From the NCBI GenBank assembly GCA_964455555.1, contig CAYVXV010000001.1, positions 31,499 to 95,498 on the forward strand: a stretch of DNA of 64,000 bases. Direction: 5' to 3'. The notes under the pieces were generated by a model. The model was not told the DNA's origin, made no database searches, and saw nothing but the letters and a program-made list of their open reading frames with translations. Position numbers and translations under genes: made by a program. Numbering within the stretch: the stretch's first letter is position 1; every line of letters starts with the position of its first letter. Shown here in pieces: positions 39,466 through 49,062 of the stretch. This DNA comes from an uncultured Pseudomonadales bacterium. Its GTDB lineage: Bacteria > Patescibacteriota > Microgenomatia > UBA1400 > PJMF01.

Positions 39466-40095
39466 ATGGCAAATCCCCTAGAAGTGACTTCTTTAACTCT
39501 CGGAGAGCTGCAGACAAACTGCTACCTAGCCTGGTGCAGCAGCACGCGCGAGGCCTTGATTATTGATCCCGCAGACAGCGGCGACACTATCTCACAGATG
39601 ATTCTTGACCTTGAGCTGAAACCGCTAGCAATTGTACTCACACATGGCCACTTTGACCATGTATTAGCCACCTTGGAGACAAAAATTAATTTTGATATAC
39701 CGGTTTTAATGCATCAGGCCGATCTTTTTCTGATTAAAGCCGCCCAGTCAAGCACGCGCCATTGGCTGAAGAGGGAAACTGATCCGGTGCCAAAACCCGA
39801 TTCTTTCTTAAAAGACGGGCTAGTGCTTGACGTTGGTGAACATAAGATTACGGTTATGGAAACCCCCGGGCATACTCCGGGAAGCATTGCCCTCTATGAT
39901 AAGTCCAGTGCAGTTCTTTTTACCGGCGACACCTTGTTTCAGGCAGGAGTTGGCAGGACTGACTTTAGCTACTCCAGTCCAAAGGATCTGGAAAAATCAG
40001 TTAGAAAACTTTTCACCCTCCCAGAAGATACAATTTGTTATCCCGGCCATGGGCCGTCTACTACCATCGGGCAAGAGCAATCACCACAAGAATAA
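39466..40095 (+). CDS. MBL-fold metallo-hydrolase (glyoxalase II-like)
   Basis: 209 aa. LTHGHFDHV binuclear metal motif, downstream TPGHTPGS and GDTLF. Confidence 0.75.
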   Translation: MANPLEVTSLTLGELQTNCYLAWCSSTREALIIDPADSGDTISQMILDLELKPLAIVLTHGHFDHVLATLETKINFDIPVLMHQADLFLIKAAQSSTRHWLKRETDPVPKPDSFLKDGLVLDVGEHKITVMETPGHTPGSIALYDKSSAVLFTGDTLFQAGVGRTDFSYSSPKDLEKSVRKLFTLPEDTICYPGHGPSTTIGQEQSPQE

Positions 40096-40137
40096 CCAAC
40101 AGATAGTTGCTATACTACAAAAACTGTAACAGATATT

Positions 40138-41055
40138 TTGTGTATTATGACTAACTCAGAAACTAACAAATCAGCTGAACCAATCAAAAGAGCTATTATT
40201 ACCGCCGCTGGCTTTGGTTCCCGCTTTCTACCGATAACTAAAACTTTTCCCAAGGAAATGCTGCCGATTATTGATAAGCCGATTATTCAATACCTGGTTG
40301 AAGAGTGCGCCGAGGCCGGTATTGAAGAGGTCATCATTGTTGTTTCTCCGGGTGAGGTAACCAAATTTGAGGATTATTTTTACGGCAGCGCCACCAACAT
40401 CCGCACCCTGATGATCCGTCAAGGCAAGTTTGATCGCTGGGACAAAGTTGACCAGGTTTTTAAGCTGCCCAAAATAACCATCATGCCCCAAGACGAGCGC
40501 CTGCCTTATGGCAACGGCCGGCCTATCCTGACAGCCAAGCAGCTAGTGGAAAATGATCCGGCTTTTGTAGTGATGTGGGGTGATGATTTAGTGTTGAGCA
40601 AGGTTAGCGCAGTTAAACAAATTGTAGATTTTTATTATCAAAACCCTGACTCCGACGGAGTTTTGGCTGTTCAAGAAGTCCCGGATGAAGAAGTAGACAG
40701 ATATGGTGTAGTCAAACTGAAAGCAGGCTCTGATGATGCTGTGGAAATGATTATTGAGAAACCAAAGCGCGAGGATGCTCCTTCCAACCTAGTGTCATAC
40801 GGGCGCTATGTGCTTACGCCAAAAGTTTTTGAGTTTTTGGATGCTGAAGCCACTGGACTTGACGGTGAATTGTGGCTGCAGGATGCCAACCATCAGGTGG
40901 CCAAGAATGGCAAAGTCCGGATTAAGGTAGTCGACGGCGAGTGGTTGACCACCGGCGACCCACTCCGATACATGAAAGCCCATGTTAAATTTATGATGGC
41001 TCAAGAGAGTTATAGAAAAGATCTAATACCTTTCCTAAAAGAATTAACTGATTAA
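40138..41055 (+). CDS. galU: UTP--glucose-1-phosphate uridylyltransferase
   Basis: 305 aa. AAGFGSRFLPITKTFPKEMLPIIDKPIIQY is the GalU G-x-G-T-R-x-L-P-x-T-K signature. Paralog at 51596..52489. Confidence 0.8.
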   Translation: MCIMTNSETNKSAEPIKRAIITAAGFGSRFLPITKTFPKEMLPIIDKPIIQYLVEECAEAGIEEVIIVVSPGEVTKFEDYFYGSATNIRTLMIRQGKFDRWDKVDQVFKLPKITIMPQDERLPYGNGRPILTAKQLVENDPAFVVMWGDDLVLSKVSAVKQIVDFYYQNPDSDGVLAVQEVPDEEVDRYGVVKLKAGSDDAVEMIIEKPKREDAPSNLVSYGRYVLTPKVFEFLDAEATGLDGELWLQDANHQVAKNGKVRIKVVDGEWLTTGDPLRYMKAHVKFMMAQESYRKDLIPFLKELTD

Positions 41056-41352
41056 AATCCCAGCAAGCTTTCAAAGCCAAAATTCAAAGTTTTGTAAGAG
41101 TTTTGGAGATTGCGAAGCGTCCGGAACTTCAGCAGCGGCCAAATAATTCTCAAATTTTTTTGTCTGGAAAAAAGAGGCCATGAAAAAATTTTATCAGGCT
41201 CATACTCTATCAAAATTGCCTTGTTTCCTCTGGAAATGATGGGCATTATTTGGGTATTTCTTTACTGATATAGTTTCATAGCATTTAGCTGCATTCTGAT
41301 GTGATTTTTGCCCTTGCATTCATAAGAGCCATGTAATAAGATTCACGCTCTT

Positions 41353-42189
41353 ATGAAACCAAACGCCTGCCCGCGAACGGTTAAGCCGTTCAAACTTTAT
41401 ACTAGTATTGTTGGCATCCTGCTAATGCTGGGTGTCGGACAAGCCGCCACCCCGGAAGCGGAAATTTCTCCCCAATCAGACATCAAGGGTATGTTTCAGC
41501 AACAGCTGCGCAATTTGAGTGAATCAGCGCTCGGAACTGAATCTCAAAATCCTTCTGATAATCCGCAGTTTGCCACAATCAAAGACTTGCCTGACTTTTC
41601 GGAAAAAAATATCCGTGTTGGCCTGCAAGTCGGTCACTGGCAAAACGACAATCCTCCAGCCGAACTATCTTGGATCAAGAGAAACACCGGCGCCAACGGC
41701 GGCGGCAAATGGGAATCTGAGATAGCCTTGGATATTGTCAATCACGCCAAAGACATTCTTGAGCGCCAAGGCATTGCGGTCGATATCATTCCTGCTGTCG
41801 TTCCACCAGGCTATAGGGCTGATGTCTTTGTTTCCGTTCATGCGGACGGCAGCGACAAAAATCCCAATGCCTCCGGTTACAAAATAGCCCCATCTGCCAG
41901 AGATCAAAGCGGCCAAGCCGGCAATCTTTTCCAAGCTGTCTCTGCTGCTTATGCCGAAGAAACTCATATGCGCTGGGATAACAATATTACAACCAACATG
42001 ACTCATTACTACTCCTTCGCTGATCATAAATACACTCACTCTATATCACCTGAAACACCTGCAATTCTATTGGAAACCGGTTTTCTGACGAACAGTGCCG
42101 ACCGCTATTTCCTGGTAGATCACCCAGAAATTCCGGGAAGAGGTTTGGCATACGGCATTGTTGACTACCTGGTTCAAGCCGGCAAGTAA
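41353..42189 (+). CDS. N-acetylmuramoyl-L-alanine amidase, Amidase_3 family (cell-wall hydrolase), membrane-anchored
   Basis: 278 aa. N-terminal TM/signal, VGLQVGHW (GH motif), IALDIVNHAKDILERQGIAVDI, ADVFVSVHADGSD...NASGYKIA parallel the Amidase_3 blocks (DxGHGG ... SIHAD ... G). Confidence 0.6.
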   Translation: MKPNACPRTVKPFKLYTSIVGILLMLGVGQAATPEAEISPQSDIKGMFQQQLRNLSESALGTESQNPSDNPQFATIKDLPDFSEKNIRVGLQVGHWQNDNPPAELSWIKRNTGANGGGKWESEIALDIVNHAKDILERQGIAVDIIPAVVPPGYRADVFVSVHADGSDKNPNASGYKIAPSARDQSGQAGNLFQAVSAAYAEETHMRWDNNITTNMTHYYSFADHKYTHSISPETPAILLETGFLTNSADRYFLVDHPEIPGRGLAYGIVDYLVQAGK

Positions 42190-42325
42190 TCCACCGCTAA
42201 CCGGCCGGATCAGCTCTCTTACCCTCTTCTCATTTCACTTTTACTAACCTTTCAACTGCCCTGCCTATACTCCTTTCATAAGTTTATGCAACACTCCATA
42301 AAAAATACTGTTAGGAAAGGCAAAT

Positions 42326-42760
42326 ATGACCACCACCGGGTTAGATACCTTTGACACCACGGTGCAGCAGACAAATGAACTATTAAACAAAGTGGAAGAA
42401 AAACTAGGTTGGGAAAAGCGGCGCGACCAATCGTATGCACTGTTGCGCATTAGCCTGCAGGCTTTGCGGGATAGATTGCCTGTACACCATGCTGTCCATC
42501 TGGGGGCAGAACTGCCCATGCTGGTTCGCGGCTTTTATTATGAAGGTTGGGAACCAGACAAAGTGCCGGTTAAAATTAATAAAGAATCATTTATTGAAAA
42601 TATCCGGAGGGAATTTCAATACTCATCTACTCAAGGCATCACGCAGCTTGTTAATATTGCCCTATCCACAGTCCTTGATTCAGTTTCTGAGGGAACAAAA
42701 CAGCAAATAAAAGAGGTTTTGCCGGAAGCAATAGCTAAGCTGGTAACCTCCAAAGATTAA
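42326..42760 (+). CDS. Hypothetical protein (possible DUF2267-like)
   Basis: 144 aa soluble protein with AGGAAAGG SD upstream. No catalytic motif. The DUF suggestion is weak. Confidence 0.4.
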   Translation: MTTTGLDTFDTTVQQTNELLNKVEEKLGWEKRRDQSYALLRISLQALRDRLPVHHAVHLGAELPMLVRGFYYEGWEPDKVPVKINKESFIENIRREFQYSSTQGITQLVNIALSTVLDSVSEGTKQQIKEVLPEAIAKLVTSKD

Positions 42761-42811
42761 TCTCTAATTGTGACAAGGCAATTAAGCTGCCGAACAGCAT
42801 AAAGTCTCAAT

Positions 42812-44050
42812 TTAGCCGGCTTTTTTAACTGCTTCAACAAAATATTCAATATCTTCCCTGGTATGTGAGGCACTAATCTGCACCCTAATTTCATCACGCC
42901 CCGGAGAAACAACCGGATAGCTAATTGTGGTAACCAAAATTCCCTGGTTAAACAAAGCCTGCGAAAGCTCCTTGGCCTTCCTGGGGTCACCAATTAAAAT
43001 CGGCTGAATTGGATGAATTGATTCTGCTGCAAACGAATAGGCGGTGCCGTTCATTAATTTTTTGAAATAAGCTACATTTTCCCGGGATTTGTGCAGCAAA
43101 GCCTTGCCAGCATCACTCTCAAGCAACTCAACAGCAGCCAAGGCTGCCCCGGCAGTTCCGGGTGAAATGGAATTTGAGTAAATATAGGTAGCCGCTGCCT
43201 CCCTGAGGTAATCAATCACCGCCTTGTCAGCTACTACGTAGCCGCCATCAGCACCAAAGGCTTTGCCGAGTGTACCCACTAAAACGTCGCAGCTGCCACC
43301 GCTGGCTTCCTCCGTACCCCGCCCTGTTTCACCAAAAGCACCGATGCCGTGAGCATCATCTACAACCAAGAGCACGCCTTCTTCATACTGTTTGTCAAAA
43401 GCATCAATTACTGCACCGATAGCACTCAAATCCTGATACTCACCCAACATGCTAAAGATGCCGTCAGTAACCACCAGGGCCCGTTTATGCTTGCCCAGGC
43501 CTGCATTTAGTCTGTCCTCCAGGTCTTTAGCATCAAGGTGTTTGAAAATCTGGCGCATTTCCTTGGGGTGATTGGCAATCCTAATTCCGTCAATAATACT
43601 GCGGTGATTGAGTTCGTCAGAAATTACCAAAACATCGTTGTGCACCAAAGAGTCGCGGCTTTGGCCGGTGATCAGGGAAAACAAAACCGCAATATTGGCG
43701 GCAAAAGCAGAAGAAAAGACCATGGCAGCTTCCCTCTTATGAAAACGCGCCAAAGCCTGCTCCAGGTCATTGTGAACCTTGAGCGTTCCGGAGATAAACC
43801 TTACCGCTCCGGGGCCCGTACCAAATTTTTCTGAAGCCTCCTGCTCAGCTTTTTTTAACTCAGGATGAAACCGCAGGCCCAAATAATCATTGGAGTTAAA
43901 AACATGATAGTCCTTGCCGCCGATGACAGCTTTGGGAGAAGGTTCATCGGTAAAAGTTTCGATGATATTTTCAGCCCGCTTGCTGGTTTTAGCTTCATCT
44001 ACCCTAATCACTTCCTGCTTCAACAAATCATAGAATGCTGATTTTGGCAT
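42812..44050 (-). CDS. kbl: Glycine C-acetyltransferase (2-amino-3-ketobutyrate CoA ligase) / 8-amino-7-oxononanoate synthase family, PLP-dependent
   Basis: 412 aa class-II aminotransferase fold. NSNDYLGL, GTLGKAFG (PLP-Lys region), DDAHGIGAFG. The adjacent SDR-type threonine dehydrogenase makes the Kbl role most likely. Confidence 0.75.
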   Translation of the reverse strand: MPKSAFYDLLKQEVIRVDEAKTSKRAENIIETFTDEPSPKAVIGGKDYHVFNSNDYLGLRFHPELKKAEQEASEKFGTGPGAVRFISGTLKVHNDLEQALARFHKREAAMVFSSAFAANIAVLFSLITGQSRDSLVHNDVLVISDELNHRSIIDGIRIANHPKEMRQIFKHLDAKDLEDRLNAGLGKHKRALVVTDGIFSMLGEYQDLSAIGAVIDAFDKQYEEGVLLVVDDAHGIGAFGETGRGTEEASGGSCDVLVGTLGKAFGADGGYVVADKAVIDYLREAAATYIYSNSISPGTAGAALAAVELLESDAGKALLHKSRENVAYFKKLMNGTAYSFAAESIHPIQPILIGDPRKAKELSQALFNQGILVTTISYPVVSPGRDEIRVQISASHTREDIEYFVEAVKKAG

Positions 44051-44071
44051 TTTTCTCCTTTAAAAATTTAT

Positions 44072-45010
44072 TTAAAGACCAAACTTTTCTGAGAGTTTTT
44101 CAATCATGACTTCAGTCATTTTACTAAGGTCAAACTCATGTTCCCAACCCCAGTCGCGACGGGCTACAGAGTCATCGATGGAATTCGGCCATGAATCGGC
44201 AATATTCTGCCGGTGGTCCGGTGCATAAGTTACCTCCACCGGCAAGTGCTTGTTGATTTCAGCGGCCAACTCTGCAGCGGTAAAACTAAATGCGGCAAAG
44301 TTGTAACTCGTCCGGACGGAAAGGCTGGTGGGGTCGGCTTCCATCAAATCGATAGTGCCTTTTACCGCATCATCCATATACATCATTGGCAAAGTAGTTT
44401 CCTCGTTCACAAAACAGGTGTACCGGCCGGTTTGCAGGCCATCATAAAAAATTGCCACAGCATAGTCGCTGGTGCCGCCACCCGGCTCAGCTTTCCAGCT
44501 GATTAAACCCGGATAACGGATACTCCTGACATCAACACCATATTTAAGGAAATAGTAGTGGCAAAGGTTTTCGCCGGTGACTTTGGTAACGCCATACATA
44601 GTGGTTGGTTCGAGCACTGTTTGCTGAGGAGTATTGTCGCGGGGTGTGGTCGGGCCAAAAGCAGCAATTGAGCTTGGCCAAAAAACCTTGAGCTGATATT
44701 CCTTGGCTAAATCCAAAACGTCTTTGAGGCTCTGGACATTTATTTCCCAAGTTATACTGGGATTTTCTTCACCTTTGGCTGATAGCAGAGAAACCATGTG
44801 ATAAATAGTGCCGACATTGTGTTTTTCAATCAAGGTTTTCAAACCCTCAAGGTTTGGTAGCTCCAGCGTTTCAACAATTCCTTCAAAATCTGCTGGCACA
44901 TTCCGGTTGCCCATGGCAACAATGTTTTCTTGGCCGTATTTCTTTTGAAGAGCCGGCACAAGTTCGCTTCCAATCTGTCCAAAGGCACCGGTTACAAGGA
45001 TTTTTTTCAT
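44072..45010 (-). CDS. tdh: L-threonine 3-dehydrogenase, NAD-dependent epimerase/dehydratase (SDR) type
   Basis: 312 aa. ILVTGAFGQIGSELVPAL Rossmann motif and YxxxK (YGVTKVTGE) as in UDP-glucose-epimerase-like TDH. Directly upstream of kbl. Confidence 0.75.
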   Translation of the reverse strand: MKKILVTGAFGQIGSELVPALQKKYGQENIVAMGNRNVPADFEGIVETLELPNLEGLKTLIEKHNVGTIYHMVSLLSAKGEENPSITWEINVQSLKDVLDLAKEYQLKVFWPSSIAAFGPTTPRDNTPQQTVLEPTTMYGVTKVTGENLCHYYFLKYGVDVRSIRYPGLISWKAEPGGGTSDYAVAIFYDGLQTGRYTCFVNEETTLPMMYMDDAVKGTIDLMEADPTSLSVRTSYNFAAFSFTAAELAAEINKHLPVEVTYAPDHRQNIADSWPNSIDDSVARRDWGWEHEFDLSKMTEVMIEKLSEKFGL

Positions 45011-45099
45011 GATACTCCCGACTACACTTACTAAAAGTAGTGTACACCAAATTTTTTTAAAGGGGTTAATGTCAAAGGCTGACCGGCGATCACGGCTTG

Positions 45100-46425
45100 T
45101 TATTGAACCCTGACAACTTGGCAGGTAAAGCCGCCACCGGCGCCAAAGGACAAGAACATAACATAATCATCCGGTTCGATATTTTCAAGTTGCCGGCCAA
45201 AAGCAATCGGGATGGTAGTGGCCGGCGCATTTCCTTCGCTGATCACCCACTGGATTTGATCGTTGGAGAAACCTAGACCCGGCCTTCTAGCCCCCCTTCC
45301 AACAAGTTTGTGCCTTAGATGATTGAAAATAGTTTTGCTGGGATGGTGTACAACAACCCGCTTGATTTTTTGGGCAGCCTGTTCAAGTGAAATTGTTTCG
45401 CCTTCAATTTCCTCCAGTTCATAGCGGAAATCCTCCAAAACTTCCTGGGCTAACTGAGCCGCATTATCCCTAAAATAAAATGCCGTCGCCTCCGGATCCA
45501 TTTGAACCAGCTGCCCGCCGGTTGTCGGTGCCATAAAGGGCGATTTCTTGGCATCATCCACCTGATCTCTTGGCCAAAAATCAGTGGTGTCTAAATACCG
45601 CAGACAAGAAGCGCCCTCCTGAACCGATTTTTGCCTGCCGGCAACTTTGACAAAAGTCGAAAGCTCGGGGTTGTCCGGATGATAAAAAAATGTCCATGCC
45701 GCAGCTCCGGAAGAAAACAATTGCCCTGAATTGGTGTCACCGCCAAGATGGCTCAAGCGTAAACCATCCTCATAGGCAAAAATGGTTACAACCACTGGCT
45801 CTCTCCTGTCCAACTGAGGGCAGTTTTCCCGCAAAACCTGATCGTACTCACCACTGAGGAGGGCATAAAAAAGGGCTCCTGCTGAATCACATGCCCTTAA
45901 TCGGTAATCCACCAGCTCAGGGTTCACAACACCCACTGCCCTGCCAATCCGTAGGTGAAAGTCCGGGGCATGGTTTGGCGGCACGCTGGTTGCCACCAAC
46001 AGCAAATCAGACTTCTCTAGGCCAAACGGCTGCAATGATTCCTGGCACAGCTCCTTCGCCACTAAGGTTGTTGCCATTAGGTAAGACTCTTCCGGCAACC
46101 CAGAGGTAATCTGATAAATTTTGTTAAAACCGGAGGTCGGCGTAATGTCTATTATGTTTTCCCGGCCGCTTAACTCAACTGTCCGGGCGAATATTTGGCT
46201 GCCCTGATATTTTTCGCCATAAAAGGCCAAAGAAACGCTGGAGCCGATTTTTTCATTGAGGTGACCTTCTTGGTCATACTCCCAGCCCCCGACCACAGCA
46301 GCCAATGCTTCCAGGCTGTCGGCTAGATGTGAAATTGCTTCCGGGGCAACCTTAGAACGGCGTGCTTTTTCAATTTCAGCAGAAAGATTGTAGAGTTGAG
46401 GAAATTCGCTAGAAAAGTTGGGCAT
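45100..46425 (-). CDS. Thiolase-fold condensing enzyme, divergent FabH (KAS III)-like, with N-terminal extension
   Basis: 441 aa. RACDSAGALFYALLSG aligns with FabH active-site AACAGFTYAL (Cys retained), HHPSKTIFNH sits where FabH has HQAN, and C-terminal FLSFGAGGGFTCQVVRV aligns with FabH LLEAFGGGFTWGSALVRF. The N-terminal ~100 aa are extra. Confidence 0.5.
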   Translation of the reverse strand: MPNFSSEFPQLYNLSAEIEKARRSKVAPEAISHLADSLEALAAVVGGWEYDQEGHLNEKIGSSVSLAFYGEKYQGSQIFARTVELSGRENIIDITPTSGFNKIYQITSGLPEESYLMATTLVAKELCQESLQPFGLEKSDLLLVATSVPPNHAPDFHLRIGRAVGVVNPELVDYRLRACDSAGALFYALLSGEYDQVLRENCPQLDRREPVVVTIFAYEDGLRLSHLGGDTNSGQLFSSGAAAWTFFYHPDNPELSTFVKVAGRQKSVQEGASCLRYLDTTDFWPRDQVDDAKKSPFMAPTTGGQLVQMDPEATAFYFRDNAAQLAQEVLEDFRYELEEIEGETISLEQAAQKIKRVVVHHPSKTIFNHLRHKLVGRGARRPGLGFSNDQIQWVISEGNAPATTIPIAFGRQLENIEPDDYVMFLSFGAGGGFTCQVVRVQ

Positions 46426-46488
46426 ATTTTCAGCTTTTGTCTTTTAAACCAAGCTTAATTCTATGCCACAACCGCTTTTTCAGCAATT

Positions 46489-47130
46489 CTAGTTTGTGAC
46501 TTCAGTCACACGCCGAATGTTGCCGGCTTCGTCCCAATTTATTTGATTCTTTGAGAGCCTGCTATAGCCGAATCCGGTTGTTTCGATCATTCTAATTAAA
46601 GACAAAGTAAAATTACTTAATCCCCTGTTGTTTGCAGACAATTTTGCCAGCATAAGCACTGTAAGCCGGCTCACAGCCTCCCTTGAGTATGAATAAGGCA
46701 AATCCAGCTGCCTGCAGAGATACCTGGAAAGCTGCCAACAAAACTTTTCCTCCTGCCTGAAATCGCTCAGGTACTCATCATTGGTCCTGCCCATCGAAGA
46801 AAGGAGTTTATGAGCACATTCGTGAAAAAGTATGGAAAAATAATCTGCCGCAGATGAATAATAGCCGACCTTAATCCTCTTCCCAGATCCCCAATGATCC
46901 GATCGCTCTGCACCTAATATCGACTCAGTGAGCAGATCTTGGAGGTCGTGACTGCCGTTTATGGCAAAAAAGCTGTTGACCCGGTAGGCTAGCCGGTCTT
47001 TTTCCTCTTCATCCATCGCTGCCACGCGCTCGAGGGCTAAAGCCCTTAAATCGCCTTCGGTGGGCACATCATTAGACCGTGGTTTATCCGGAGCAAATGA
47101 AAGTAACTCTCCTTTGTTTATGTTCTGCAT
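46489..47130 (-). CDS. Hypothetical protein with HExxH zincin-like motif
   Basis: 213 aa. FHECAHKLL could be a zinc-metallopeptidase HExxH. Otherwise no family recognised. Confidence 0.4.
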   Translation of the reverse strand: MQNINKGELLSFAPDKPRSNDVPTEGDLRALALERVAAMDEEEKDRLAYRVNSFFAINGSHDLQDLLTESILGAERSDHWGSGKRIKVGYYSSAADYFSILFHECAHKLLSSMGRTNDEYLSDFRQEEKFCWQLSRYLCRQLDLPYSYSREAVSRLTVLMLAKLSANNRGLSNFTLSLIRMIETTGFGYSRLSKNQINWDEAGNIRRVTEVTN

Positions 47131-47180
47131 AGCACATTATTTTCCAAAAATAGCTGACTTAACTACTTTCTGGTAAATTA

Positions 47181-47963
47181 CTAAGAGGTGGCTCGGGTAA
47201 AGCACATTTTCCGTGCATCCAAGGGCAGGTTTAGCTGCGCAGCCAGCGCTTGCATGATTTCCGTTAAATAAAAGTTGGGCCTGACAATTTTTCCGTTATT
47301 GAATTCCGGCATCCAATCCAGCAGTTCAGCCACTGACATCTGGGTGGTATCTATGCCAGCCATATCATAAACTAGCTTAAGATAGCTGTAATGAAACCAC
47401 TTCTCAACTTTTTTTCTTAAAGCAATGTTTTCCTGGTCGGATAAGTCCGGGTCAGGAAAAACGTCCGGCATATAGGGAAGAATGTGGGGATGAAAAACCT
47501 CATCATTAAGCAGACGGATAGCCCTAACCTGATCACACATTCTCTTGCCGCGGTATGAGCGGACCAACAAGCCAGCATACGGCCCTTCTATTACCAAGCC
47601 TACTTTATCTCCCGGACTGTGTTTAACTAAAACTGCATCGCAGGTGTCGCCAAAATCCTGAAACTCAACAGCATGCGGGTGTTTTGGAGCCATCAGCGGT
47701 ACATCCGGGATAATTTCAACCGGATATCTAACCTCAACAGGCAGTGCAGCTCCGCTAGTCTTGTAAATTTCTTGAAGTTCTTCTGATCTCAGTTTTAAAA
47801 ATAGAGCTCCGGTAATATTATTCACTGATGCTTCGCAGATTTCTCCTGTTTCAGCAGTTAAATCTGGAACCAGTCGTGATAAGGCCTGAAGCTCCTGTGT
47901 CAACGGACGGGAAAGAGTCCTCTCTTGAAAATATGACGGTAGCCGCTCACTTCTAAAGCTCAT
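47181..47963 (-). CDS. Hypothetical protein
   Basis: 260 aa ORF co-oriented with the HExxH gene. No motif recognised. Confidence 0.4.
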   Translation of the reverse strand: MSFRSERLPSYFQERTLSRPLTQELQALSRLVPDLTAETGEICEASVNNITGALFLKLRSEELQEIYKTSGAALPVEVRYPVEIIPDVPLMAPKHPHAVEFQDFGDTCDAVLVKHSPGDKVGLVIEGPYAGLLVRSYRGKRMCDQVRAIRLLNDEVFHPHILPYMPDVFPDPDLSDQENIALRKKVEKWFHYSYLKLVYDMAGIDTTQMSVAELLDWMPEFNNGKIVRPNFYLTEIMQALAAQLNLPLDARKMCFTRATS

Positions 47964-48071
47964 AATAACGTATTATACCCGAATAATTTCCTTGGGGAGA
48001 ATTAAATTTTTCTTCTGGCCTCTTCACTTGTCAAAAACACTATAACTTTAGGCTGAAATAAATAATTATAT

Positions 48072-48464
48072 GTGTTATTATGTGGCATCATGACAAATTC
48101 CCTAGAAAACGCAGTACGAATGAGCCCCTCTCATCCAGAATATAAAAAAGTTGATTATCTCCTTGCACTATTGGCAGCGATAATCAATCCGGAAGCACAT
48201 TTTAATTTCAATAAGATTTCAGAGAAAGTTAAAGAACTTCCTAAACCCGAGAGATCACTGGAAGAAGAAAGACGGCAGAACTTCATCCTGGCAACCAAAA
48301 GGGAGCTGCAAAAAATTTTTGATGAGATTCAGGCAACTCCTCCTATCTGGTTTGAATGTATCAGAGATTTTGAGATGGATGACATGAATGAGTCAGCCGA
48401 TATAGAGCTGCTGAACGAAATTTTCGACGAAGCTGCTGAAAATCCTGATAATTACGTTAATTAA
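48072..48464 (+). CDS. Hypothetical acidic protein
   Basis: 130 aa with an acidic C-terminal half. No motif. Confidence 0.35.
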   Translation: MLLCGIMTNSLENAVRMSPSHPEYKKVDYLLALLAAIINPEAHFNFNKISEKVKELPKPERSLEEERRQNFILATKRELQKIFDEIQATPPIWFECIRDFEMDDMNESADIELLNEIFDEAAENPDNYVN

Positions 48465-48465
48465 A

Positions 48466-48858
48466 CTATCTTACAACTTCGTAAGTCAGGCCTCCCCTGA
48501 CTCCAACTTCTGCATATCCAACATTAATAAATAGGTTGAGCACTCTCGATCCTTTCACATCATCGTGAAACATCACAACAGAATTCAGCCTAGTGCCATT
48601 AACATAGCCATTAATCCACTTCCGCTCCGAAAACTCGACATTTCTGTTTTCCGCTGCTGGGGGAAACAACTGCTTAACACTGCCTATTTCTAAAATTGCA
48701 TCCGGTCCGTTTTCCTCATAAAGCCTTAGCTCATAGTTTGAGATGGTGCCGGAATAATTCCAGACATCGTTTCCATGGACTAGTGATTTTGGAATCTGAT
48801 GGTTGTCCAAAGACCATCCAATGGCAGCAGCAATCCTCTGCTTCTCTTGAGAAGTCAT
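48466..48858 (-). CDS. Hypothetical protein
   Basis: 130 aa, convergent with the previous ORF and ending 2 nt from its stop. No motif. Confidence 0.35.
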   Translation of the reverse strand: MTSQEKQRIAAAIGWSLDNHQIPKSLVHGNDVWNYSGTISNYELRLYEENGPDAILEIGSVKQLFPPAAENRNVEFSERKWINGYVNGTRLNSVVMFHDDVKGSRVLNLFINVGYAEVGVRGGLTYEVVR

Positions 48859-48926
48859 GCAAATATTATATCATCGTGAGGAATGCGCTTGGTTTGGAGT
48901 ATGCTGGATGAAATGTGGGAAATTTG

Positions 48927-48999
48927 CAGGGCCGGAGGGATTCGAACCCCCACGAGAGGTTTTGGAGACCCCCATGCTAGCCATTAACATCACGGCCCT
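48927..48999 (-). tRNA. tRNA-Trp (anticodon CCA)
   Basis: Minus-strand read gives AGGGCCG-UG-AUGUUAAUGGCUAGCAU-G-GGGGU-CUCCAAA-ACCUC-UCGUG-GGGGG-UUCGAAU-CCCUC-CGGCCCU-g. A 7-bp acceptor pairs perfectly, T-loop TTCGAAT, anticodon loop CU-CCA-AA. CCA end not encoded. Confidence 0.85.
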
Positions 49000-49062
49000 A
49001 GGATTAATATTGTAACATGCTGCCACTAGACCTGGCTTCTTGTGTTGCGCTATTCTTAATGC

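Noticed and set aside
48927-48999. tRNA-Trp as the attachment site of an integrated element covering 46489..48858
   Set aside because: I found no integrase or recombinase and could not locate a direct repeat of the tRNA 3-prime end upstream. The block is reported only as a possible accessory module, not as a mobile element.
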